Virus record (IMG/VR): IMGVR_UViG_3300042402_005048
Span: 1-27,621 of that record
Origin: a virus
Taxonomy: Duplodnaviria; Caudoviricetes
Reading direction: 5' to 3' (one strand)
DNA: 27,621 nucleotides
Shown: positions 17,783 through 25,378 of the stretch, one piece after another
Layout of the letters: every line of letters starts with the position of its first letter
Position numbering within the stretch: position 1 is the stretch's first letter
Position numbers and translations under genes: made by a program
The notes under the pieces: model-generated
Database searches by the model: none
What the model was told of the DNA's origin: nothing
What the model saw: the letters and a program-made list of their open reading frames with translations, nothing else

Positions 17783-19059
17783 TAAGGTAAATTAAAGCGA
17801 GTTTTATAGTGGTTGTAGTTTTGTGTTACTTCTCCTTGGGTTAGTGCTCGGTTGTAAATCTTATTAACAAATTGATTACCATACCAATATCCGTTAGAGA
17901 CATTAATACCTGTTCCAAAAGCTATACCAGTTATATTTGGAGCTGAATACGCGCCTTGATTACTGTTCACCTGTAAAACTCCATTTTCATAAAATTTAAA
18001 TACTCCATTTTCCCAGCTCCACACTATGTGAATATTTGTATTAGCCGGGATATTAACATTTGTAGTTACTCCAATTCTGTTGCCGGAAGTATCTGGAACA
18101 TCTAGTCTGTAGCCTCTTGCATCTGCTTCTACTAGGATCCCGTAGACATTTGAACCCCCTCCCATACCTACTAAGTTTTTCCAACTACCGTAACTTGTGT
18201 TTGTTATTGCAGAACTAAGTATAGTTTCATACGTAAATCCATTTGTATTCGGATTTAAGCTAAAAGGTGAAACGTTTATGTAGTCATTTGTACCGTCAAA
18301 TGCTAACATTCCTGATGAATTAAAAGATATGTTACTTACATCAACAGTGTAATTACCGGCTAAATCTAATAATCCTTGAGTATTTGATCTAGTAGTGTTT
18401 ACAGGGATAAACTGTCTAGGAGGTAATACACTATCTCCTTGCTGTAAGCTAATTGAGGCTATTGATAGTTTGTCCCGTACATTGTAATTATAATACCAGC
18501 ATCCAAAAGTACCGTCTGCTGTCGTTGGTTGAGTTGTAAATTCACCCCATGCATAATACCAACCATCCCCTAAAGATGCTCTTCTACTATTATCGAATAC
18601 TCCAAATTCTGTGTTGTAGGTACCGTCTGCTCTATATTCATAGTGGTACATATAATTTGGATTTGTATACCCAGATTCACATTTGTAAATAATTTCATAC
18701 ATGTATAGAGTGTTACCCTGTAACTGGGTAGATCTCCAACTGTTTGAGTAGTAAAATAAAGTAGGGCAGCAGTTAAAATTACCGTCTACTCCATATCCTG
18801 AATATACGTTGTAAATTTCAACGGACTGTACTGTTCTGTTTCCTAAGGCAGGAATATTAACAGTTTCCTCATAACCGTTTGTTTCAAATAATTTACCGTT
18901 ACTATAATATGTTATACTATATCCGTTAAAAATTTTATTAGGTCCAACTAATAAATTAGTGCCTGGTTTTCCTCTAAAGGAATTAATCATATCACCAGTA
19001 TCGTAATGAAATACTGATCCGCTTGTTACTACTTTACTAAATCCTTGTCCTACTGCCAT
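17782..19059 (-). CDS. LamG-like lectin protein, long type with inserted domain (425 aa)
   Basis: VFHYDTG..SFRGKPGTN[insert]RSNTQGLLDL..FDGTNDYI, HIVWSW..YENG, KIYNRALTQGEVTQNY..KTRF. Confidence 0.82.
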   Translation of the reverse strand: MAVGQGFSKVVTSGSVFHYDTGDMINSFRGKPGTNLLVGPNKIFNGYSITYYSNGKLFETNGYEETVNIPALGNRTVQSVEIYNVYSGYGVDGNFNCCPTLFYYSNSWRSTQLQGNTLYMYEIIYKCESGYTNPNYMYHYEYRADGTYNTEFGVFDNSRRASLGDGWYYAWGEFTTQPTTADGTFGCWYYNYNVRDKLSIASISLQQGDSVLPPRQFIPVNTTRSNTQGLLDLAGNYTVDVSNISFNSSGMLAFDGTNDYINVSPFSLNPNTNGFTYETILSSAITNTSYGSWKNLVGMGGGSNVYGILVEADARGYRLDVPDTSGNRIGVTTNVNIPANTNIHIVWSWENGVFKFYENGVLQVNSNQGAYSAPNITGIAFGTGINVSNGYWYGNQFVNKIYNRALTQGEVTQNYNHYKTRFNLP

Positions 19060-20168
19060 TATGCTAAATTAAATCTTGTTTTATATCCTTTGTAGTTATC
19101 TTGTACTTCTGAGGTGTTTAAGGGTCTGTTGTATAATCTAACTACAGGTAATTCTCCGTTAAGGTAGTATCCTCCACCATGAAATCTTCCTAACCAAAGT
19201 TTATTATTTCCGGTTGTTGTCATGTTTCTACCGGCTGCGGTTCCTATTAAAACTCCATCGATGTACAAAACAGCTCCTGAGCTTTGATTTGTTATTACCA
19301 AATGATGATAGTTTGAATTGGGGTAAGATGAATTTGAGAAAGCATTATCCTGGCTGTCTCCTGTATTCCAGTTAATTAAATTTCCTGAAAAATAGATGTT
19401 TGGGCCTGATGAATAATTATCACTATCTAATGAGAATGGAATATCTCCATTATAGTCCGAGCATTTAATTATTAATTCTACTGTGCCTTCATAACCGGAT
19501 GTAAAGTCTGTGTTGATGTAATCATTAGTTCCATCAAATACTATTTGACCACTGTTGTTATAGGATACATCTGTTAGGTTTATAGTAGATCCTGTCAAAG
19601 GTAATAAACCCTGTGTTACTGACCTGGTTCCATTTGCAGGTAAGAAAGGAGATGGAAAGCTTGTATATTCATACTGCGGCATAGAGAAGTATGCTGCTCC
19701 GTCTGTTGAATAGGTTAATGCTGCAACTCCATAACTACTACCTTCGTTAATTGTATAAGTTTCACTTATCCTAACCCATTGGTATTTTGGTATATTTTTC
19801 TGTGTTCCATAATACCAGGGATACCAGTGTTGACCTACCTGTACGTAAGTTCCTGATTCCATCCAGGCATAAATACTATTTGTAATAGTAGCTACGTTAT
19901 TGTTGGGGTACGGAGCCTTCCATAAAATAGAATGTCCATAACTTCCAGGTGTATTAGTTACTACCTTTACAACTTCGTATCCCGGTACAGGAGGGGGTGG
20001 ATATGTTTGATCTCTGTAGTTAGTAGCATCTTGGTTATAAATACTATATTGAACGCCATCCCAGATATTAGTTGTTGGTTGTCCAATATAAGAATTTATT
20101 CTATCTCCTACATCATAAGCGAATGTAAGTCCTAAAGTTGCGCTATTTGATCCTGCTGATAATCCCAT
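19059..20168 (-). CDS. LamG-like lectin protein, long type with inserted domain (369 aa)
   Basis: GLTFAYDVG..SYIGQPTTN[insert]RSVTQGLLPL..FDGTNDYI, YHHLVIT..LYIDG, LYNRPL..EVQDNY..KTRF. Confidence 0.82.
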   Translation of the reverse strand: MGLSAGSNSATLGLTFAYDVGDRINSYIGQPTTNIWDGVQYSIYNQDATNYRDQTYPPPPVPGYEVVKVVTNTPGSYGHSILWKAPYPNNNVATITNSIYAWMESGTYVQVGQHWYPWYYGTQKNIPKYQWVRISETYTINEGSSYGVAALTYSTDGAAYFSMPQYEYTSFPSPFLPANGTRSVTQGLLPLTGSTINLTDVSYNNSGQIVFDGTNDYINTDFTSGYEGTVELIIKCSDYNGDIPFSLDSDNYSSGPNIYFSGNLINWNTGDSQDNAFSNSSYPNSNYHHLVITNQSSGAVLYIDGVLIGTAAGRNMTTTGNNKLWLGRFHGGGYYLNGELPVVRLYNRPLNTSEVQDNYKGYKTRFNLA

Positions 20169-20881
20169 TATAATCCAAATCTAGATTTTTGTGCGTTGTA
20201 ATTCTGTGTTACTTCAGCTGCCAGTAGATATTTCTTATATAGTTTTACTATAGCCATACTACCGTAGAATAAATAACCTACGTTATTTGGATTATTTCCG
20301 ATTTGTGTTGCCATCGAACTCCATATAGTAGCACCAGACCAAGTACCTGTATTCCCGCTTGATACTTTTAAAACTCCGTCTACGTAGATATTTGCTGGGC
20401 TTGAATTTCCTCGAGTACATACAATATGATGCCAGTTGTTATCAAACATATTAACTCCGGATGTACCCAAGCTAAATAAATAAGTTCCGGGATAACCTGC
20501 ATCGGTATTATACACATAATATACAATATTTCCGTCTGAGGCGATGTATGTTATTATTCCATAGTCTGGACAGTATAATCCACCGATATTTTGTCCGGTT
20601 CCAAGCCCTGGGGTTTTTACCCACATTTCAAAAGCATGGTTAGGGATACCTCCTAGAGTATTTACCGAGGTGGTAGCGATATAATCATCAGTACCGTCTA
20701 GTTGCAGTATTCCGCGGTTAGCAGAGCTGTAGCTTATTCCATTAGCAAGAGCAGCATTATTTCCATTTCCACTTATGTCATACCAAGTTGCTCCTGATTT
20801 AGGGTAGGAATTTATATCAGCTGCATCTAACGCTATAGTTAATGAATCTGTTACTATTTGGGGTGAATAATTTAAAGCCAT
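20168..20881 (-). CDS. LamG-like lectin protein, short type (237 aa)
   Basis: IVTDSLTIALDAADINSYP, LDGTDDYI, FEMWVK, WHHIVCT, YVDG, EVTQNYNAQKSRFGL. Confidence 0.88.
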   Translation of the reverse strand: MALNYSPQIVTDSLTIALDAADINSYPKSGATWYDISGNGNNAALANGISYSSANRGILQLDGTDDYIATTSVNTLGGIPNHAFEMWVKTPGLGTGQNIGGLYCPDYGIITYIASDGNIVYYVYNTDAGYPGTYLFSLGTSGVNMFDNNWHHIVCTRGNSSPANIYVDGVLKVSSGNTGTWSGATIWSSMATQIGNNPNNVGYLFYGSMAIVKLYKKYLLAAEVTQNYNAQKSRFGL

Positions 20882-21522
20882 TATATTCCGAATCTTGTTC
20901 TTAAAGCGTTAAAATTTTGTGATACTTCTACCTGGGGTAGTGCTCGGTTATATATTCTTAACATTGAACATCTACCATTTACCATATAACCACCATAGCC
21001 ACTAATTCTTATGTCTCCACTGGTATTATCGAATATCCCACCGTTAGTTGAACCTATATTTGTACTATTTAAATAAAGTTTGTTTACTGTTCCGTCAGAC
21101 GTTGCTACTATATTGTTCCAAGAATTTAACGTAAAACCAGGTCCTGATGTAAGACCTGTTGAAGGATTTTTATTATATCTGATAAAACCGCTTAAATCTG
21201 TCCATACTTCAAAACCATTACTGGATTGATATACAAATACTGCTCCTCCAGCACTGTAGGCATTAATGTATACCCAGATATCAATAGTTGCTGCTGTAAA
21301 ATTTATATCAGGGATTGATACATAATCATCCACCCCATCGAAAACAATCGAACCACCATTGGTCGAACTAAAGGTAGGTCCGTTTGTCAAAGTTCCATTA
21401 TTTCCCTGTCCGCTTAAATCATTCCAAGCAGTACCGGTTCCAGGGTAAGACTTTCTATTAGCTGCATCTAAATACAGTACTAATCCGTTTGTCACAACTA
21501 AAGGGGAATGTCTTAACGCCAT
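20881..21522 (-). CDS. LamG-like lectin protein, short type (213 aa)
   Basis: VVTNGLVLYLDAANRKSYPGTGTAWNDLSG, FDGVDDYV, WNNIVAT, IYNRALPQVEVSQNFNALRTRFGI. Confidence 0.88.
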   Translation of the reverse strand: MALRHSPLVVTNGLVLYLDAANRKSYPGTGTAWNDLSGQGNNGTLTNGPTFSSTNGGSIVFDGVDDYVSIPDINFTAATIDIWVYINAYSAGGAVFVYQSSNGFEVWTDLSGFIRYNKNPSTGLTSGPGFTLNSWNNIVATSDGTVNKLYLNSTNIGSTNGGIFDNTSGDIRISGYGGYMVNGRCSMLRIYNRALPQVEVSQNFNALRTRFGI

Positions 21523-21526
21523 ATAT

Positions 21527-21535
21527 AATAAATAT
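21527..21535 (-). promoter_or_regulatory. ATATTTATW motif, putative late promoter at the head of the LamG array
   Basis: Core ends 5 nt upstream of the ATG at 21522. Confidence 0.65.
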
Positions 21536-21538
21536 TAA

Positions 21539-22126
21539 TTATTTATATGGTTCCCCACCTGCCCACAATACTAAGCTTCTTCTAAGTCCTGAAGTTAAAG
21601 GAGTAACTCTGTGTAATAAAAATGAAGGAAAAACAACTACTGCTCCTTTTGCTCGTGGAACCGGAAATGAAGAGTTTCCGGGGTGTAATTCTAAGTCACC
21701 TCCAACGTAGTCTTCCGGGTTAGATAATTGCACTACCACTGAGACTTTACGGTGATTAATTGATCTAGGACCAATGTCTAAATGCCAATCATAATGACCT
21801 CCATTACCTTCATATTCGGTAAATTGAATATTATCTATAATAGTATGTAAATTGAATTGCCATAGAGCTTTATTTGCTTCTATAATCTGATTAGATATTC
21901 TGTCGTAAACCCAATTCCATTCATCATTTACTGGTAGCCATTTGATGTTGCTTTTTCTGACTGAATTTTTATCATCTTCTCCAATAATGGTTGCTTTTTG
22001 AGATTCATAGTTTTTAGCATTTTTTATAATTAAATTTACTTCTTCAGAAGAAAATCCGGTTTCAAACCAGTAATAGCAGGTTTGGTCAATGTTTTGGTCA
22101 ATTGGGAAGACGGGTCTTATATCCAT
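21539..22126 (-). CDS. 2OG-Fe(II) oxygenase (prolyl 4-hydroxylase/PKHD-type, 195 aa)
   Basis: HxD (YDWHLD), RKVSVVVQLS..DYVGGDL, VFPSFLLHRVTP..G.RRSLV.W (distal His and the 2OG-binding RxS). Confidence 0.92.
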   Translation of the reverse strand: MDIRPVFPIDQNIDQTCYYWFETGFSSEEVNLIIKNAKNYESQKATIIGEDDKNSVRKSNIKWLPVNDEWNWVYDRISNQIIEANKALWQFNLHTIIDNIQFTEYEGNGGHYDWHLDIGPRSINHRKVSVVVQLSNPEDYVGGDLELHPGNSSFPVPRAKGAVVVFPSFLLHRVTPLTSGLRRSLVLWAGGEPYK

Positions 22127-22128
22127 AA

Positions 22129-23616
22129 TTATTTAGTTAGGTATTGTTTTTCGTTAATAGAATACTTTGATATTTCTTCACTCCATAGTTTAAGATACTG
22201 TAAGTGTTTATACATTCTTAAAACATTTGTTTTCTTTAACTGTGAAATAAAAGGTTCTTTATTAAATAAATCTAATCCAAATCCTACTTTTAACCAACTT
22301 AATAATCCAAAAGGGTGGTTTTTAAAATCATCTATTTGATATGTTGATTTTTCCCAATGAGTAAGTTTGGTTTGTAGACTAGGGGGAATAGTTGTGGTTG
22401 TTTGATATTCTTTCCAAAAAGTGCTATCTTTTCTTTTTGTAATATAATGAAAATACAAAAAATCTAAAACATCATCATTCATTTTATTTGTATATTCGTT
22501 ATACTGTTTAATAAAATCTTGATTGTAGTTTTTTAATTGTGTATCGTTAAGAACCCACAATTGATTAATAGCGTTAAAGATAGAGGTTGCTTCAATAGGT
22601 TCGGTAAATGCTGAACTTAGTCCGATAGCTATGCAGTTATTAATCCATACTTTTCGGTAAGCACCTGCTTCAAAATTAATATTATTTACTATGTTTATGC
22701 TGTGTCCTAGAAGTTCTTCTACTTCTAACTTAGCTTCTTCAGCTGTGATGTAATTTTTATCAAAAATATAACCACATCCAATTCGGTTTTGTAAAGGAAT
22801 TTGCCACATCCAACCATTTTTCATACAAATAGCTTTGGTATATGGTTCGATTTTATTATCGAATTGAGGTATTTGAAAAGCAATAGCTGTATTAATTTTA
22901 AGTTGTTCTGTGTATGATTTCCATGGAGATTTAAATAAATTACCAATAAGTAATCGTCTAAACCCACTGCAATCAAATACAAAATCACATTCTACTTCAG
23001 TATCAGGTAATACAATTTTTACAACATTACCTTTAGAATCTTGAATAAAGTTACTAACAATACCCTCTACTCTCTTAACTCCTCTTTCTTCTGCCTTATT
23101 CCTTAAAAAGTTAGCAACTAAATGTGCATCAAAATGATAAGAGTAGTTAGTAATTTGACTTGAACCATCGATTTTACCATCGATAAAAGGTGCTTTATTA
23201 GTACGTGCTAATTGTTCGCTTATTTCTCCTGATAGAATAGATGTGTTGTTTAGGTAGTGGTAACCAAAAAATTCATTTATTAACTCGCCTTCATCGTCAT
23301 AAGCAAAGTTAAATTTCTGGTGAAGAACACTGAATGAATGAAAGTAATCTTTATTATCACCGTTCCAATTATCAAATAAGATGCCTAATTTATGTGTTGA
23401 GTTTGTTTCTTTTACAAACTCTTGTTCGTCAATCTCTAAGAATTTTAAAAAATCAACCAGTGTAGGAACTGATCCTTCACCTGCTCCTAATATTCCAATA
23501 GTTTCACTTTCAATTAAAGTAATTTGAGACTCGGGTAGAATTTTATTTATGTAGAGAGCGGTTAACCATCCTGCGGCTCCACCTCCTACAATTGCAACTT
23601 TAGAGAGTTTAGACAT
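22129..23616 (-). CDS. Flavin-dependent halogenase, tryptophan halogenase (PrnA/RebH) family (495 aa)
   Basis: GGGAAG FAD motif, GAGEGS, conserved Lys in THKLGILF, YHFDA, DCSGF, WxWxIP (GWMWQIPL), FTEPIEATSI. Confidence 0.9.
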   Translation of the reverse strand: MSKLSKVAIVGGGAAGWLTALYINKILPESQITLIESETIGILGAGEGSVPTLVDFLKFLEIDEQEFVKETNSTHKLGILFDNWNGDNKDYFHSFSVLHQKFNFAYDDEGELINEFFGYHYLNNTSILSGEISEQLARTNKAPFIDGKIDGSSQITNYSYHFDAHLVANFLRNKAEERGVKRVEGIVSNFIQDSKGNVVKIVLPDTEVECDFVFDCSGFRRLLIGNLFKSPWKSYTEQLKINTAIAFQIPQFDNKIEPYTKAICMKNGWMWQIPLQNRIGCGYIFDKNYITAEEAKLEVEELLGHSINIVNNINFEAGAYRKVWINNCIAIGLSSAFTEPIEATSIFNAINQLWVLNDTQLKNYNQDFIKQYNEYTNKMNDDVLDFLYFHYITKRKDSTFWKEYQTTTTIPPSLQTKLTHWEKSTYQIDDFKNHPFGLLSWLKVGFGLDLFNKEPFISQLKKTNVLRMYKHLQYLKLWSEEISKYSINEKQYLTK

Positions 23617-23619
23617 ATC

Positions 23620-23823
23620 TTAATCTAATCCGTATTTGATATACTTATCCCATACTCGTTCGTGAAGGAAGTACAATATTATTTTTGTAACAATTTCAAT
23701 ACCTCCAATCATAGCACCTATTTCAAAGCTACCGGTGATAAACCAACTTGCTAATATTGTGTCTAATGTACCGAGCACTCTAAAGGTAATTGCTTTAGCT
23801 ATTTGTCTTTTATAATTTGCCAT
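23620..23823 (-). CDS. DUF2061-like small membrane protein (67 aa)
   Basis: KAITFRVLGTLDT...KIILYFLHERVW pattern with two hydrophobic helices. Confidence 0.8.
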   Translation of the reverse strand: MANYKRQIAKAITFRVLGTLDTILASWFITGSFEIGAMIGGIEIVTKIILYFLHERVWDKYIKYGLD

Positions 23824-24160
23824 CGTTTCGTAACTGTTCTCTTATTTTAGTTGCTGAGATTTCTTTAATTTCTGTTGGAGGTACATGTTCTATAATTTCA
23901 TAACCTACTCCTCTTCCATAGTTAACTGATTCAATGTCTGGAATGATTGATATCATAATTTTACCTTCTTGAACCAAGTCTAACAGTTCATTGGTTAAAT
24001 TATCTAATACTTGTTTAGGAGTATATGGGTTATTTTCATCTGTAGGCACGTCTCGGATTGCTAACCAAACCTTTTTACCTTCGTTTAATCTTTGATCGAT
24101 CAACCATCTATGGCCATCGTGCCAAGGTTGCCATCTACCAATAAAGAGAGAGTACTTCAT
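23810..24160 (-). CDS. HIGH-superfamily nucleotidyltransferase (cytidylyltransferase-like, 116 aa)
   Basis: FIGRWQPWHDGH (HxGH), NPY, and ISATKIR (SxT/SxxR) motifs. Confidence 0.85.
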   Translation of the reverse strand: MKYSLFIGRWQPWHDGHRWLIDQRLNEGKKVWLAIRDVPTDENNPYTPKQVLDNLTNELLDLVQEGKIMISIIPDIESVNYGRGVGYEIIEHVPPTEIKEISATKIREQLRNDGKL

Positions 24161-24539
24161 CTATATTTTTATTTGTTGTGTCTAACATAACATCATTTTT
24201 TCCAATTTCCAAATCTTTTACAAAAAATTGTTCTTTTCCTCTAACTTCACTTGTGTAAACATAAAAATATTTTATGTCTAAGTCTAACATTTGATCTCTA
24301 ATTTCTTGATAAGGTGACACTACAGACACAATTACATCAAAGTTTTTATGATCTAAAAATCTAACTATATTGTTTATTAGTGTTAAATTTTTTATTCTTC
24401 CTTCTTTTGAGTAATCTTTATTGTTAAATACATTTCGCACATCGTCTCCATCAACTTGTATGCCGTTAATACGCAAGTTTAGCGCGTTAGCTAACGTTGT
24501 CTTTCCGGATCCGGGTTGTCCATAAAACCAATAAATCAT
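24135..24539 (-). CDS. cysC: Adenylylsulfate (APS) kinase, compact form (134 aa)
   Basis: IYWFYGQPGSGKTTLA P-loop, DGDDVR, DYSKEGRIKN, VIVSVVSPY...R. Confidence 0.82.
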   Translation of the reverse strand: MIYWFYGQPGSGKTTLANALNLRINGIQVDGDDVRNVFNNKDYSKEGRIKNLTLINNIVRFLDHKNFDVIVSVVSPYQEIRDQMLDLDIKYFYVYTSEVRGKEQFFVKDLEIGKNDVMLDTTNKNIDEVLSLYW

Positions 24540-24760
24540 CTTAGTAATTGCGCGGAAAGACCATCAAACGGCCAACAGTAAAAATTAGGAAGATCCATAA
24601 TTGCTTGCAATTCAGGTACTACCACAGCTTCGTCTTTTTCAGAAAAAGTGTATGATTGATCAACATAATAATCCTCAACAGATACAGTATAGGGTATTGT
24701 CCATGGTCCTGGAGGATTAAAGTTTACTACATACTTGTCGTATATCTGTTGTGCTGTCAT
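24536..24760 (-). CDS. Hypothetical protein (74 aa)
   Basis: Coupled on both sides (TAATG with the sulfotransferase, ATGA with the APS kinase). Confidence 0.65.
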   Translation of the reverse strand: MTAQQIYDKYVVNFNPPGPWTIPYTVSVEDYYVDQSYTFSEKDEAVVVPELQAIMDLPNFYCWPFDGLSAQLLR

Positions 24761-25377
24761 TAGAATGTTAATTTAGTATAGTTAAATATTTCAAAGTCTT
24801 TTTCATACAACTGCTCTACTTTTGCTGCTCTTTCTTGACCTAAAGAACCTGTGTAGTAACTTTCCCATTCATCTCTATTTGAGGTTGTATTTAAAGTAGG
24901 TAATGTAGTTGTTATATTTGCTTCTAGATTAGCTAGGTTAATTTTATCTGCTATTGTTACCCAGTCTGTATTGATAGTCTCATATTTGTAAATTTCATCA
25001 ACTTCAACAGCATAGGTATCGTGATTACACACAAACCACCACTGAGGTCTTAGAAGTGTAAATGTATTATCCCACCAGTTTTGAGGTTTATTTAATAATT
25101 CATCTAAATTTTCATCAAAACTTTTATCCCAGTTAAAAATTTGCCTCATAAAAAAATATGAAGATATGTACCTGTCATAAGGGTTTCTAACAACAGAAAA
25201 ACTATAATATCCCGAAACATCATTACCGTTGATAGCTTCATCAGCAACACATTTACTATACCTAAGATGTGTCATAGGTAGAGTAAGCTGCCTTTCGTCA
25301 GCTAGTAAATTATGAATTGAAGTTGATGCTGTTTTTGTAACCTGTACAAATATTGTATTTATGTGATCGTATACCAT
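24760..25377 (-). CDS. PAPS-dependent sulfotransferase (Sulfotransfer_2 / carbohydrate sulfotransferase-like, 205 aa)
   Basis: 5'-PSB loop IFVQVTKTASTSI, 3'-PB motif FSVVRNPYDRYISSY, PQ, KYE, LYEKDFEIFNY. Confidence 0.9.
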   Translation of the reverse strand: MVYDHINTIFVQVTKTASTSIHNLLADERQLTLPMTHLRYSKCVADEAINGNDVSGYYSFSVVRNPYDRYISSYFFMRQIFNWDKSFDENLDELLNKPQNWWDNTFTLLRPQWWFVCNHDTYAVEVDEIYKYETINTDWVTIADKINLANLEANITTTLPTLNTTSNRDEWESYYTGSLGQERAAKVEQLYEKDFEIFNYTKLTF

Positions 25378-25378
25378 A

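Noticed and set aside
8671-21522. Diversity-generating retroelement acting on the lectin genes
   Set aside because: No reverse transcriptase in the window and no roughly 100 bp near-identical TR/VR pair with adenine-specific mismatches seen by eye. A self dot-plot of the full genome would be needed to exclude a distant TR.
8671-21522. Shufflon/invertase-type cassette switching
   Set aside because: All paralogs are full-length, co-oriented and have their own starts. No recombinase or inverted crossover sites seen; shared DNA is limited to short codon-constrained patches.
599-21535. Reading the motif as a canonical T4 late promoter (TATAAATA) on the plus strand
   Set aside because: It would point away from every adjacent gene start, and 5 of 11 copies read AATAAATA. 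The consistent position upstream of minus-strand ATGs favours the opposite orientation (not formally excluded).
1368-22339. Plus-strand ORFs in the track (1368, 4551, 6824, 9934, 15589, 17029, 19932, 21489, 22082)
   Set aside because: Short, antisense to well-supported minus-strand genes, several with non-ATG starts, and no recognisable motifs; shadow ORFs.
24135-24160. +1 frameshift at CTC TCT CTT TAT fusing APS kinase to the nucleotidyltransferase
   Set aside because: The frames would allow it, but the downstream gene has its own ATG in an A-rich context directly after an in-frame TAG; simple overlap is sufficient.
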